A DNA stretch of 64,000 nt, taken from assembly GCA_907165135.1 (NCBI GenBank), contig OU015568.1, positions 6,014,001-6,078,000 of the forward strand. The letters run 5' to 3'. Positions 22,334 through 34,669 of this stretch are shown here, piece by piece. Numbering within the stretch: the first letter of the stretch is position 1; the number at the start of each line of letters is the position of its first letter. A model generated the notes under the pieces. It was not told the origin of the DNA. It searched no databases and saw only the letters and a program-made list of their open reading frames with translations. A program made the translations under genes and the position numbers. The DNA comes from Oikopleura dioica (taxonomy: Eukaryota > Animalia > Chordata).

Positions 22334-23345
22334 TCAAGCCTGGACTGGGCGGGTGACTTGCCGCTTCTTCTCCCGCTCTTTGCGCCGCTCGGCAGAGGGC
22401 TCCGCGTTCTGGTCGCCTCCTTCGCGGTTGTAGAAGATGCAGTACTCTGAATTGCGCTCAAACTTTGAGCCTCAAAGGAAGCCTATCAAGAAGAGCTGTC
22501 TTACGGTCGGAGCGGAGATAATCCATCAGCGCTTGTTGGCCTTTTTTCCTGTTTTCTTGGATCGGTCGGACGAAGTAGTTCCTCTTCACTCTCAGAATTT
22601 TGAGCTTCTTCCCGAATAGCACTGGAAGCTGCGGCGGAAGTAGACTCAGCAAATTGCCCTGCAAGATCCAAATGAAATACGATTCTAAACGATGAAATAA
22701 GGTTCCTGTAAATAAAGCTCTGTCAAATTGTCCATTATTGCGATTTCCGGCGGAATGAGCGTTATCTCGTTATCTCTTGCGAAAAGAATTTGAAGTCTCT
22801 TTAATTGGGCCACTTTTGAAGGAAGATGGTGGAAGTCGTTGTCGGAAACGTACAACGCGCGCAGCGACTACAAAAATAGGAAAAACGCGACTGACTGAGA
22901 GTTACCTTAGAAAGGAGCTCGCAAACTGTTTCGTTGAAGTTGTTTTACGTCAAGTCGAGTATTTCGAGCTTGGCGAGTTTGTGGAAGCTGTTCGGCAGGC
23001 GCTGAAGCTTGTTCATTCCCAAATTGAGATTACTCAGCTCTTGCAGCATAAACAAGGGCTTCTAGAAAAGAATCGCGCTCTTGAATTCACCTCCGACAAG
23101 TTTCCGGGAAGCTCGACGAGCTCATTGTTGAAGCAGTTGAGCAGTTTGAGATTCTTTAAGTTTGTGATCGAAGCAGCGAGCTGTTTGAGGCCGTTGTGCG
23201 CGAGAATGAGCTCGGAGAGGTGCTGCAGTTGGCTGAAGTCGGAAGAAATCTGCGTCAGTTGGGTGATGCTCTTGTCGCTGAGAGAAAGACTGTAGTGTCT
23301 GCTTTTCTTGTTTTCTTCAACGATTTTTGTGACATTGCTTGACAT
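22334..23345 (-). pseudogene. RSU1: RSU1, right copy
   Basis: Same LRR translation; shared TAA at 22945-22947; RNYF is intact where the left copy has RN*F. Confidence 0.88.
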
Positions 23346-23439
23346 TCTAAAATGAAGACGAATGATAACAGCTTCAAAGCTTGTAAAAATCAACCATCAC
23401 AGCATTCAAAACATCTAGTAATTTTACAAGCTTGGGCCT

Positions 23440-24076
23440 TGATTCCTTGGTTAGTTATCTTTTTGAAGAATAAAGTTTGGACGGTTTTTTAAGTCTTAAA
23501 GTGATTCAGTGGGGCCAGTGCTTAGAGCATGCCCTGATGAGTGTCGACCGCGTGCTGGACTGAGTAGTATCACTGCATCAGCTCGGGACTCTGTTCGTAC
23601 TGCTCCCAAGCGCTCGTCCCTTCCGTCAAGTTGATTACTGCAAAAGCTTCGATATATAGAATTCCGTCTTGAACGAATTTACTGTCTGGATCTGTCCATC
23701 TTTCGTCAGGATCGGTGTGCACCTTGCTCTTGATGAATTTGCCCTTTTCGTCGAAGTATTATTTGGCGATATCGCTCATCGGCTCGGCCACTCCTCGGAG
23801 CACTTGCTCCAGAGTCGAGACGATCGCTCCGGAGTCCTTCACTACTGCGTCGGGCTCGCTACTGCTGTTGTTGTAGAAGGCGAGAACGGGCACTAAAAAT
23901 GACTGTTCTTTGCCAAAAGGAACAAGTAATTTACCTTGTAAGTAGTTTTCAATGACACCCTTGAGCTCTGGCTTGCCAATGCTGACTTCGACGTCTTTGT
24001 TATCGATTCCCCGAAATTTAAGATAGGCCCTTACTTTGGCGCAGTAAGGACAGCCGAAATACCCAAATAATCGCAT
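23440..24076 (-). pseudogene. PTGES2-like, right copy
   Basis: MRLFGYFGCPYCAKVRAYLKFRG...; shared TAA at 23759-23761; extra 4-nt insertion near 23715. Confidence 0.7.
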
Positions 24077-24344
24077 TTTCTTGTACGAGTTTCAATATTC
24101 AATCGTTCCAGAGGAATCTTTGATTATGTAGCTTCTATCTTTCGCCAACACTTTTCTCGATTCCTTCTCGTTCCAGAAGACCTTTTAATCGCTTTAAAAT
24201 CACCTCGAATCCAATCGTTCTTTTTACCTGGATCGAGGATAAACTTGCAAAAGGAACGAGTCGGCGAAAAACGATTCGATTCATTGAAATTCTTAAAGTA
24301 GAAAGGTGATTATTATTAATTTCAAATTGTCCCTATCAAGTTCG

Positions 24345-25500
24345 GACTTGATTTCAAGAGAAGGAGGAACGTAATCGTATACAATGAACGACAAATAGGA
24401 ACACTGCGACATTGAATGGCTTGAGCTTCAGTATTTTGACTATCAGTCCTCCGACCAAAAATCGGACACAGAGGGAGCCAATGTAGAAAGCCTTGAATTG
24501 AGCTGCATCAGCTGGAGAAAGACCAAATTGAATTTCGATTTATTTTTGACTGAAAATGAAAAAGGTAAGAAACCCAAATGTAGCATTCGTCCCCATCGCC
24601 CAGCTCTTGACGATTCCGGCTAAAACTTGCATCACAAAAAGCGGGTTTTTGGAAAGCACCTCTGTTTCTGAAATCATAGAGGAGGACGATTCTGGTGTCT
24701 TTTCGACTTCGTTTTCAAAGTGATTCTTGAGCACCAGAGTCTTATCTATTTTTTCTTTTTCTTTCTTCTCATCCTCATTTCAAAGACCTTGGGAAGAAAG
24801 CCAAAGGGGTTGAAAAAACCAACAGTGAAGCAGCATTGAAGCAGCAGGGGTCGACTCACCATGCTCCGATCCAGTCAGAGCCGTTGGGATCAACCCAATC
24901 TGGGGCACATTCATAAGTGAAATTCACCCACAATGAAAGAACATAACTAGCAAAGCTGTAAGCGATCATCAGGCCAAACAAGATGCCAACAAAGCTGACG
25001 CCGAAAAGGACCAACGACTGCCCTTGTTTGCGGCCATTTGAATGATTAGTGTCATTTTGATCAATAAATGGCTGTATCTGAGGAAAAATTCATGACTTTC
25101 ATGGCATAAACAGAAATATTCGTCGAGCTTTCTCCAAAATATCTCTCGATTGTCGTAAAAGCTGCTCTTGTAAAGGAAGTTTCGGCGACGCTTAAACACT
25201 TAGCCAGACATATTGCAAATGTCGTAGTAGTGTCATTGATAAAGCTTGGCATTTTGATTTTTGCGGATGGAAATCAACGTTTGTATACCATCGCTAATAT
25301 TTGATGTTTGTTCGTAACCAAAATGACTGGTAGTTGATCTGGAAGCCTCTCGACGCGACCAAGTTGATGTCGAATTCATAATTTTCAAAAAAGAATTTCG
25401 GGGCACATATCTGAACTTCACAGTGCTAATAATAATCAGCCAACTTTGCCCAGCTCAGAGCTTTTAGAAAGAATAATCCCAGTGCAAAGAACCAAGTTGC
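24345..25500 (-). pseudogene. Organic anion transporting polypeptide (SLCO/OATP) fragment
   Basis: ...GILFGLMIAYSFASYVLSLWVN...DPNGSDWIGAW, LSKNPLFVMQVLAG, EIQFGLSPADAA match OATP TM5-TM8 motifs; frames broken. Confidence 0.7.
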
Positions 25501-26023
25501 CGATGCGATAATTGAAGTCTATAAATGGCCCATTTAAAATGGGCCATTTTCAATCTCCGAAACAACCACAAAAACACAAAAAAACCACTTTAGGCCTGAT
25601 AAAATAAAGAATAATTATCGAAAATTTAATTGACAAAAAATAATAAGATTCGGTATTTCTTTTTTGGTAATTCTTGCACGTCCGCGAAAATCCTTTTCCT
25701 TGATTTCACCTGAAAATCATTGCTAGTAAGGGATTCTCGGATTTTTGGTTACAAAAATCCCGATTCTCGTCGACCCCCCCTTAATATTCTAAAATAATAA
25801 TTATTTATACCAGCGGCTGACTCTGACTGTACTTCTGCGTGTGTGTACGAGCTTTCTTCTGCCAACTGTCTCGATTCCAGTATTCCTCAAAATTTTACAT
25901 CCCAGATATTTTAATACAAATTGTATTCGTATTATTCGACTTTAGTTAATATTAAATCAGCGAAATAAAATTCTTCGTTTTTTATTTTTATTTTGCTCAA
26001 AAAAAAAAACAAAAGAGAGAGAC

Positions 26024-26700
26024 TCAGTCAGGAGCAACAACTTTCAACAAAATCTGCATCTTTTTCGTCAACAAAGCAACAATTTTTATATCCTTCGATT
26101 TTCGCAAAATCACAAACAGCCCAAATGCAATCCAGCAGACAACGAAGAGATAACTAAAGTTCAAGCTCTGACCAGTTTGCAAAATGTTAATGAAAGGAGC
26201 GAGAACCAAATATGAGCCAATGACAGCGATGATGGCAGGGATGAAGAGGGGCACGGCGAATGAGCGACCAACTTTGTCGATCGGATGGGTTTTGCGGAAA
26301 ATAAAAATTTTTGTATACTTTTTGTTTACCGAGGTATGAAAAATCCACATGCAAAAGCTAAAATAATTGATGAGCGAGTTAATATCTCCAGACAACAAAA
26401 GCAAGTTTCAACTTGCACGATTTGCGTAAAATCTGCTGTGTATAACTGGGTCGCGACGGCCGGCGAAGTCAAAATATTTTCCACTCCCAAGATCGAAATG
26501 TATAAAAAATTGATCAGCAAGTAAAACCCAGTAATTGAACACAAACTGATCACAATCGCTTTCTAAAATTCCTCTGCGGTTGCTTGATTTCTTCAACAAC
26601 ATATTTGATGAAGAGCAACAAAATTTCGTCTTTATCAGTATTTTCAAACGGACGGTGCCGATACCTAATTAGTACCCGGTTTAAAAGTCAAACATTTTTT
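26024..26700 (-). pseudogene. SLC7 light-chain amino acid transporter (SLC7A9-like) C-terminal fragment with internal deletion
   Basis: YVVEEIKQPQRN..., SPAVAT, GDINSLINYFSFCMWIF...VPLFIP...LVLAP...MQILLKVVAPD. Confidence 0.75.
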
Positions 26701-27308
26701 CTGAAGTGTAAGAAAACTCCATTTACTGTCCGAATACAATCAATTTCGAGCAGTGCACGGTGCTGTGCTCAGAAAGAGTTCCCGAGTGCGGCGCCTGGAC
26801 ACTAAAGAAACAGCAACCTTTGGCCGGCTACTGCTATTTGAAGCAGACTCTTGATATTGGTCAGCGAGACCGGGTCGAAAACGACCAGTACGTTCTCCAA
26901 AACAGCGATTTCAAGGACCACTCTCCAGAGTAAGTTCCAAAATTTATCAAACTCAAGCTTGCCTCGTTCAGTTCTTCGCATTCCACTTAAAAGTCCATAC
27001 TACGCTTCTCCCGAATACATCTTTAATCTGGTCAACCAAAGCGAGTGCAACGTTTACGAAGACGACGAAATCAAACTCACTCTCCTCAACGAGTTTTTAC
27101 AAACTATGGACGAAAACACCTGGTATCTTCTTCCTACTGCTTACACCATCCAGCTCATTCCAGAATAAAAACTTTATGAAACACAAAAGCATTTTAAAAT
27201 CAAGAAAAACGATTCTTCTGTCTTCCATGATTTCAATTCTTTATTTTCGAAAATAGAGATATATTAAAAAATAGAAAACAGAGTTAAAGGGGAAAATGAT
27301 GCTTGAAA

Positions 27309-28260
27309 TTATTTTTCTTGAGAAAAATTGATGAGCTCCAAGATAACGTAGATAACGTCCTCTGAAAGAGTCGCTGAAACATGTAAAAGAACATGGCGCT
27401 TACTTGATTTCTCGCGGCGAAGAGTCCAATCAGTCTCGTTGATCATGTTGTTCACCGCGAAGAGGCAGCGGATCTGTACCTCTTTTCCTCCTTGTTTTTC
27501 TTCGAGAAGCCGCTCAGTCCATTCCAGCGTAGTTTCCGATTTCTGGAGCAGCTCTTGGCCGAGGTTTTGTTCGCTCAAGCTGACGACCACTTTCATCAAG
27601 CTCGCGCCAAAGAATTCGTCTCCGTCTGTCAGACTCGATCGGGAAGCTGTGTCGAAGAGGGAGAGGTAGGCAGACTCTTGCTCGGGATAGTAGTTTCGCG
27701 AGAAATTGGCAATACAGTCAGTCACGATTTCGAGTGTTCCGCTTGACTTGGACGACTGGATCAGCTGGCTGTTTGCCGCTTGGATCAAGACGGGCACCTG
27801 AGAAGAAATTTTTAGACTTTTTATTGGGAGAGGAATTTTACAGAGTTTTGCCCTTTTCGCTCAAGGAGATTTTCTCGATAATCTGGCAAGCAACGAGAAT
27901 GACTCTTTCGCTGGCATGGGTGATGCACTGCAGGATTAAACCGATTTAATTGTGGTCCGCGATTTCGAGCTAAAGACGACTTGAATTTCGAAGCTTTGAA
28001 ATAAACTTACCAGCTGTTCTTCAATCCGAGCGCGGAAGAGGATTTCCTCAAGACACGAAATGATTTCCTGGAATTTCTCGGCAATCTAAACTTGTTCCAA
28101 CAAATTGAAGAGTCCGTTCAAAGATGATTTTTCACGACGTCGTCTTCACAGTCCAAAGTCGATGGCGCTGCCAAGTCGCAGAATTCGAGCTCCTCGTCGA
28201 CGCTTTTTGTTGAATTGCTTATGGCGGAATCAAAGCTATCTTCGTCGTAGAAGTCTTGAT
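27309..28260 (-). pseudogene. HEAT/ARM-repeat protein fragment (HEATR3-like, tentative)
   Basis: Helical amphipathic ORF 27309-27797 (…VQIRCLFAVNNMI…) with upstream acidic exons. Confidence 0.35.
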
Positions 28261-28586
28261 CAATGATCATCTGGTACGACTTCAGTGTCGATTTCGCTCG
28301 TTGGATAAGTTCTGGTGGCGCTTGCTCTCCGGATCGTATTTTCTTCTGGACAGAATTTGAACTCTCTTTTCTGGTTCGGCTCCGTCTTTTCCAGCGTGTC
28401 TAGAAGCTCTGAATATTCGTTGTAGAAGAAAATTCGAGCCCTTAACTTACCTTTGCTCATTTTCTTTCTCAGTTCCTTGTCCCTTTTCTTTCTTAGATGC
28501 TCATCAAAGAAGAGCTTGCCGACGAGACCAGCGCAAATCGTGGCAAGGGAGAAGAAGACAGTGATGACTTTGCGGATTGAGGGCAT
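28260..28586 (-). CDS. Small single-pass membrane protein of unknown function
   Basis: N-terminal hydrophobic stretch followed by a basic run; probable short intron after KMSK. Confidence 0.35.
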   Translation of the reverse strand: MPSIRKVITVFFSLATICAGLVGKLFFDEHLRKKRDKELRKKMSKGKLRARIFFYNEYSELLDTLEKTEPNQKREFKFCPEENTIRRASATRTYPTSEIDTEVVPDDH

Positions 28587-29319
28587 TTTGCACTGATACA
28601 GCTAACCGTTAAAAACGCTTGGGAATAAGGACTTGTTTGCTTGAAGCCCGGTACCTATTCTATCAAATCTGGGAAACTGATAAATCAAAGCTGCAGTTCG
28701 AAAGACGGGTTCGACAAGAAGAATAAAGTTTGTTTTGTATTCTTTAAAAATTCTTCCCCGCCACCCCGAAAAACGACTCCGATCGGCGACGGAAAAAGCA
28801 GTCAAGGCGTCCGCGGAGTTGCAGAATGAGCGCTCGATGACTCGTAGCATGGTCGAGACGAAAACCGCGCAGGATAAAAAAATTAAATCCTTGGAGGAAG
28901 AAAACGCCTCAAAATCAGCTACAATTTGAGATCTAATGCTCCACTTCGAGGCGCTGCAAACGATCAACAACGAAAACGAACTCAAGGTAGCAAAAAGTGC
29001 CAAAGTCTTCGATTCTTATCGATTCGGCGATAGATTTGAATTGTTTTATTTTTAAAAGCTGGAGTGAACCGCTTACAATTATTTTTCAGGATGGAAGTGT
29101 CATTCTTGGCCAAAAAGAGCTCGTAAAAATCGACGCAAATAACCTAGAGAGAAGAGAAATCTTCACTGTACCTACGTGTGACATGTCATAGATCACCTTA
29201 TTTCTTCTAACAAACTCACGGATAGGTTTTATCCAATGAATAATGTTTCTTGTTAAGAACTGAACAGTCTCAAATAGACCTCGTTTCGATCGGGATAAAA
29301 AAGAAAGCGGCGAGCAAGA

Positions 29320-29600
29320 AAGACCTTGCTAGTGTGCCGCGCTGCTTTCAAGGGCGATATCGATATACTGAGATCGACCTTGAATTTCCAGCCTGACTTC
29401 AGCGCTCGTTCTCACCAGCTTCATAGCGGCTCGGCTTCGGACGAGCTCGAATGCAACATGAGCATTCTCGACCTTGCTGTCATCGGAAGAAAACCGTTTT
29501 CAAGTTCAAAGTTAATTTTCTAACGATAGAAAGATGACCAAGAAATGCTAGAGAAGCTTTTCCAAACAAAAGGAAAGCACAGTTCTCTTCATTTAGGTAC
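29320..29600 (+). pseudogene. Ankyrin-repeat fragment
   Basis: LVCRAAFKGDIDILRSTL...SILDLAVIG fits the ankyrin consensus. Confidence 0.4.
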
Positions 29601-29788
29601 GATTTTCGTTTTTACTTATTTGGTTATAATTTTTATCTTAAAAATCTGGAGTCTATTCAAAGTTCAGTGATAGCAGTTCTGAAAGAAATATTCAAAGAGT
29701 TCTTCGTCTTAAAAATAACTCATTAACGAAGCTTTCAAATCTGAGACTAAATTCATCTTTCTGCAAATAAAACAAAAGTCGATTCTCG

Positions 29789-30560
29789 TTATGATGGTGG
29801 CTTGCACTTCGGAAACTCGCTGGATCGGCCGGTCCGAAGGCAGCTTGCTTTCCCATTCGCGTATTCGTGTAGCATTGCTCGCATTAAGTCGAACATGAAG
29901 TTGCAGAAGTCCTCGTCGACGCCGATTGAGCGGTAGAACTCGGATCGCCCCATAAAAAGATATGGCAAGGTGCAGGTTATTTCTTGCTTTAGCTGTAGAA
30001 GGAATTCGAGACCCTGCACTGCTTGGTTAAAGTACCTTCGATTGAAAATTTGCGTTATCCGCTGGTTCTATTTCCTCCCGCAAGTGAATGTTCAAGAACT
30101 CCTCGTAATATCTTTTTTGAATTTTTCGTAGAAGCGAATAATGTTATCGGCGACGTCGAAGGCTCTAGTGCCGAATTATGAGTTATCGTTGTCAACCAGC
30201 AGAAGTCTTTCCTCCATCGATGTGAAAATTTTTCCGTCTTTTGCGTCGTTGTGGCACCAAACGTCGGGGAGGTTGTGCCCACCTGGACATCGTTCATGAA
30301 CTCGATGAGGCCATCGGCTGAACTGATGTTGAGGAACTCGCCCTGAACTGGAAACTGTCCGATTCGCTCCTCGACCCATTCCTTTTAAAGATTATAGAAA
30401 AAATTATAGAAGAGAATCAATTTTGATCAAACCTTTTCGGGATAAGTAGCTGTTTCGTAGTACGATCTGATCGCTCTCGTGTTCCAGGGCCAAGCGTGGC
30501 AGCAGTTCGTGATCGGCCTTGGACTCTCTTCTTCGCTGATGATGTGCATTGAATTTTCCT
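29789..30560 (-). pseudogene. Choline/ethanolamine kinase-like fragment
   Basis: VWCHNDAKDGK...LLLVDNDNS*FGTRAFDVADN resembles CHND...LIDFEY...RGFDIGN; in-frame stops and frameshifts. Confidence 0.5.
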
Positions 30561-32649
30561 GACGACCGGTACGTCTGTTGAAAGGTTGCTTATGGCTTAT
30601 CAACTGTTAAATCAAAAATCAATTCTGGATCAGGGAATAAGGCTTCGAAAAGACGATAGAGCGGCTGAAAGACATTTTCTTCCCGAAAGTCATTGCCCTT
30701 CCGCAGTCAAAACGGTTGGAATTCGAAAGGGTGAATCTGGAGAATCGAGGCTTGAACAGTATTTAAGTTTTCTGTTCATCCATTTTGATTTCGAAAGACA
30801 TTTCTTGATTTGTCTGGTTAGACTTTCCTTGTCGTTTTTTTTTGTTTTTTGAAATAAATCATTTTTAGACTGATTTATAGATCAGCCGGAGATATTGACT
30901 GAGGTCTTGAAAAAGAGCATTAGCGGAAAAGAAATCAAGGAGGAAAATAACCATCAAGAAGAAAGCGCAAGATCCGAGCATGAAAAGCCAATTTTTTCAT
31001 TTGATCAAATAAAGGAATTCGAAAAATGATTAAAAAGATAAAACCGTCTTTGATCGATTAAATTTTCCCCAGCGCAGTGCTGAAATTCGCGCGCTGATCC
31101 TTTTTCTAGCGATCAATTCTCGTCATTTGTGCCCCTTTCCCCGTCAATAAATCTCCGCAGCGTATATAATCTTTGAATAAAGAAGCACTCGCCATGGATC
31201 CAGGTAAAAAAAGAGCTTCTAAAGCGCGAGGGATCGCAAGAACTCATTCTAGAGAACTTGGATGGACAAGTTTGCCTTCGAGAGCCAGTTGTCAAGACCA
31301 TGCTGGATCCGAGATTCGAGGTATGCGGGAATTTTTATAGTGGTCGGATTGTTGAATTAGTTTTGGGTTGTCGATTTTTGTGAAACCGCTTTGCGGCTTG
31401 GATTTTAAAAGAGCTGCTACGCGGCTTTTCTTCGAATTCCTATAGCAACACAGGTTGGCGAGCCCGGCTGGTCACCTCTTCAAAGTTGAAAATGTGATTT
31501 TAAGCAAGCAGATCGGCGAATCAGAGCGAAAATGCTGTTTGAGAAAACGACACTGATCAAGCCAGACGGCCGCTGCTTCGAGGAGCTCAAAAGAGAAGTC
31601 ATCGAAGAAGGAAGGAAAATTATCGAAATGGAGATGAACCTGCTCAACATGAAAAGACTCAAGATCTCGGAAGCGGTCGGGCAGATTATGACTTTTTGCA
31701 TCGACAATGAGCGTGAGTCTCTTTTCTTTCGATGGAAAACCTGTGACGAAAACCTTACTTAAAGTCCTAAAACAACTGGATCCTGACTCAGGTTCCCTGA
31801 CTTTCTACAGAAGCAATTGATTTTTTATTCTTTTATTTTTCAGAAGAAGATCCGCTCATTAATCGAAGCCGGAACAGCTCGAATCCCTGGATGAGTACGC
31901 ATCTCTCTGTTCTCTCAATTTTAAAAACTCTTTTTCAGCCCGGCGAGAGAGATTTTCCGAATATCTTCAAGCGCTGATGATGTGCAAGAGCCAACAGGAA
32001 GACGCTGAAGGAAAAATTGAAAAAGCGCGAATTAGAAGCTCAATTCCGAGGCGATCGGGGTTGAGGGCCTAACCATTCATGACTTTATCATGGATCATAA
32101 AATGTTCATGGACCCGAAGTTTATCTTCAAATATATTCCTTAGATGAATACTTATTCATTCCTTCCATTTTCTGTCGTTTTTCAATTTCAATTCGAAGAG
32201 CCCATTCCGTCGAAAAAGAGCGTGGAAACTCCAGCAATGTCCTTGCCAACTGTTTAAATTTTTTCATTTCTGAAATAAAAAAATACTTGTTCCGAAAATA
32301 GTGTTAAAAAAGTTGAGTCAGAGTGTCAGTTGACGAGGGCTCAGGTTGTTTATTGTTTGTTCGAGTGAGGACTACAAAAGGAGAAAAAAGAGAATGAAAA
32401 TGACAAACATCGGTAATTGTTATTTCTTAAACGAGGATTTTTTGTGGCGCAAGTTCATAGTCAAAGAATATCTTTTAATTTTAGATATTTTCGGGTCAGA
32501 AACCTGTGTCGTGAACCTGACTCTAGATCCGTTAATAAGCATCTTTCATTAAAGCTTTTATGTTTCAGAGCCCTGACTCAGGTTTTTTACACAGGTCTCC
32601 GACCCCTTTTGAAATCAAGGAAGAGACTTTCTCATGTGTTCAATTTCTA

Positions 32650-33850
32650 GCGCTTTCTTTTCCATTCAAAATCCTGGCCCGAGGAACCAGTCATCTTCAA
32701 ACACCCACAAATGATCCTGCCAGCGAATCCTTTAACTCCCACGTCGACGGAATCCTCGACCAAAACCAATCGCGAGAGTTTCAAAAAATGACGCAGGAAG
32801 AAAAACTCTTCAGTTTGGAAGAAATCTTCAAGAAAATGGACGCCGATGAAAATGAGGAAGTTGACGAGGACGAGCTGCAGCAGTGGATGAGATATGTCGA
32901 AAACAGATTTGTGTTTGAGGACACGGATGCGAAGATGGAACAAATGGACTTGGACGAAGACGGGATGGTCTCGATGGAGGAGTTCAAGGAGGCAAAGTAC
33001 AACCCAGGAATGGTTTTATCGACTCTTTGTTGCTGAAAACGAGTGAAAAATGAAAAGCTAAATTTTTATCAAAATCAAAACAGAGCGAATTTACAAAGAT
33101 CCCTCAATCAATGCAGCCACAGCTATGTACCAGAAAAAGAAGGATTTACGAAGATTCGCTGCTGACACGTACGTTGCGTTTTTAGCTGATTCAAAAGATA
33201 ACTCTTCGGGAAAAAGAATCATTCTAGTTGTTCGAAAATAAGAGTATTGATCATCGTCCTTTTGTTCAGAAACGAAGATCGCCATCTCTCCCGAAACGAG
33301 TTCACCCATTATCTCCATCCTACGGGGCATGTGGAGATGATGGAAGTGATCGCTTTGGAAACCTTGGAAGATCTTGATAAAAACAGCGATGGGTACATCG
33401 ATCTTGCAGAATATCTTGGCGACATTGGAGCGAGATCGTTCTCTGACAAACCAGATCAAGAAGAAGAGACGATTCTTCCGATGGGCGATGACGAGTTCGA
33501 CGAAGAACCAAATACTTGGAAAGCGCCGGGAATCGACGATGATTGGATCGAAAATGAAAAGCGCATTTTCAACAAAGAAAGAGACATTGATGGCGACGGC
33601 TTTTTGAACATGGCCGAAGTGATGCTTTGGATGAATCCGCCGGTAGAAATTCTCGAGGAGCCATAATTTGTAGCTTTAGGACTTAGGACTTCGATGTGAT
33701 ACAATCTGAGGCAGATTATCTGATCGCAACTGCCGACCGTGACGGATCTAGCACGCTTTCCAAACAAGAAGTTTTAAAAGGAACCGTATTTCTTCAATTT
33801 CATCTCGTCTCGTTCATCACTGATGAATTATCAGTTAGAGATGATAGTTA
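32650..33850 (+). pseudogene. Calumenin/reticulocalbin (CREC) EF-hand protein; 5' end and ER-retention tail not found
   Basis: Multiple EF hands: DADENEEVDEDE, DLDEDGMVSMEE, DKNSDGYIDLAE, DIDGDGFLNMAE, DRDGSSTLSKQE; YLHP and WMNP motifs; short introns. Confidence 0.75.
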
Positions 33851-34112
33851 ACCGCGGTTAACGACGGTTACGCATGAGAAAGAATAAAATCGTGGTTAAC
33901 AACCGTCAAACAGAAGAAAAACTGTAAAAATCGGTTTATCAGAGTGAAAATTAACCGTGGTTAACCGCGGTTTATATAAAATGCAGCCGTTAAATCGCGG
34001 TGAGCCGCGGTTTTCTGATAAAAGGATATAATTTTGGTAAACAAGGAATAAATTAAAGATATCTTATAACGCTGAGAACAATGAAAAACCACGGTAAACC
34101 GCGGTTAACCTG
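33845..34112. mobile_element. Small repeat or MITE built from GTTAACCGCGGTTAAC-type palindromes
   Basis: At least five (t/a)aaccg(c/t)ggtt palindromic units within 270 bp. Confidence 0.55.
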
Positions 34113-34669
34113 AGTTTTTTTGAAGAAAAACGGACAAAAGCTTATGATGCCTTCATTGAATCGCCAGCTACTCACTGGGGAAGCTCCCTTCTTCATCATG
34201 ATTCATGACGAGCTCTAGAATCATTTTCAAACTCTTCTTTTTTTCAACAATCGTGCCATTAAAATTCTTCAAAATAAACAAGCGTAGTTTTAAAAATGTT
34301 TGTTTTTTAATCCTGTCCGAAAATTTATTAATTTATTTATAATTCAGCTTACGTTGATGGTACTTTTGACAGGGGAGAATTGACAAGACGCCGCGAAATC
34401 TGTCAAAACTGTCGATCAGAAAATGAAAAATTGAAAATGTCAAGTCGAGTTTACATCCAGTAATGATGACAGTACACATCCGCTGGCCCGGGTAAAATCG
34501 CTGCGAGGAGATTTTTGTTTATATTTTTTTATTTATGGCTCGTGAATGCAGTGAACAGTTTCGAAAAAGAAATGAGGATCAGGAAGCACCAAGGTCATTT
34601 TTAAATTAATTTCTTTGTTTGAGGAGTGGTCGAGTTGAAGGTGAAGATGAAGGTGGTGGCGTTTTTTTT

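Larger units (their letters stand above)
20790..24341 (-). repeat. Subtelomeric segmental duplication, right copy
   Basis: Inverted match to 9421-13300. Confidence 0.95.

Noticed and set aside
26851-31990. Several coiled-coil or orphan ORF pieces (26851-27168, 28641-29190, 31130-31990)
   Set aside because: They look like gene debris with stops, but no family could be recognised, so they are not annotated.
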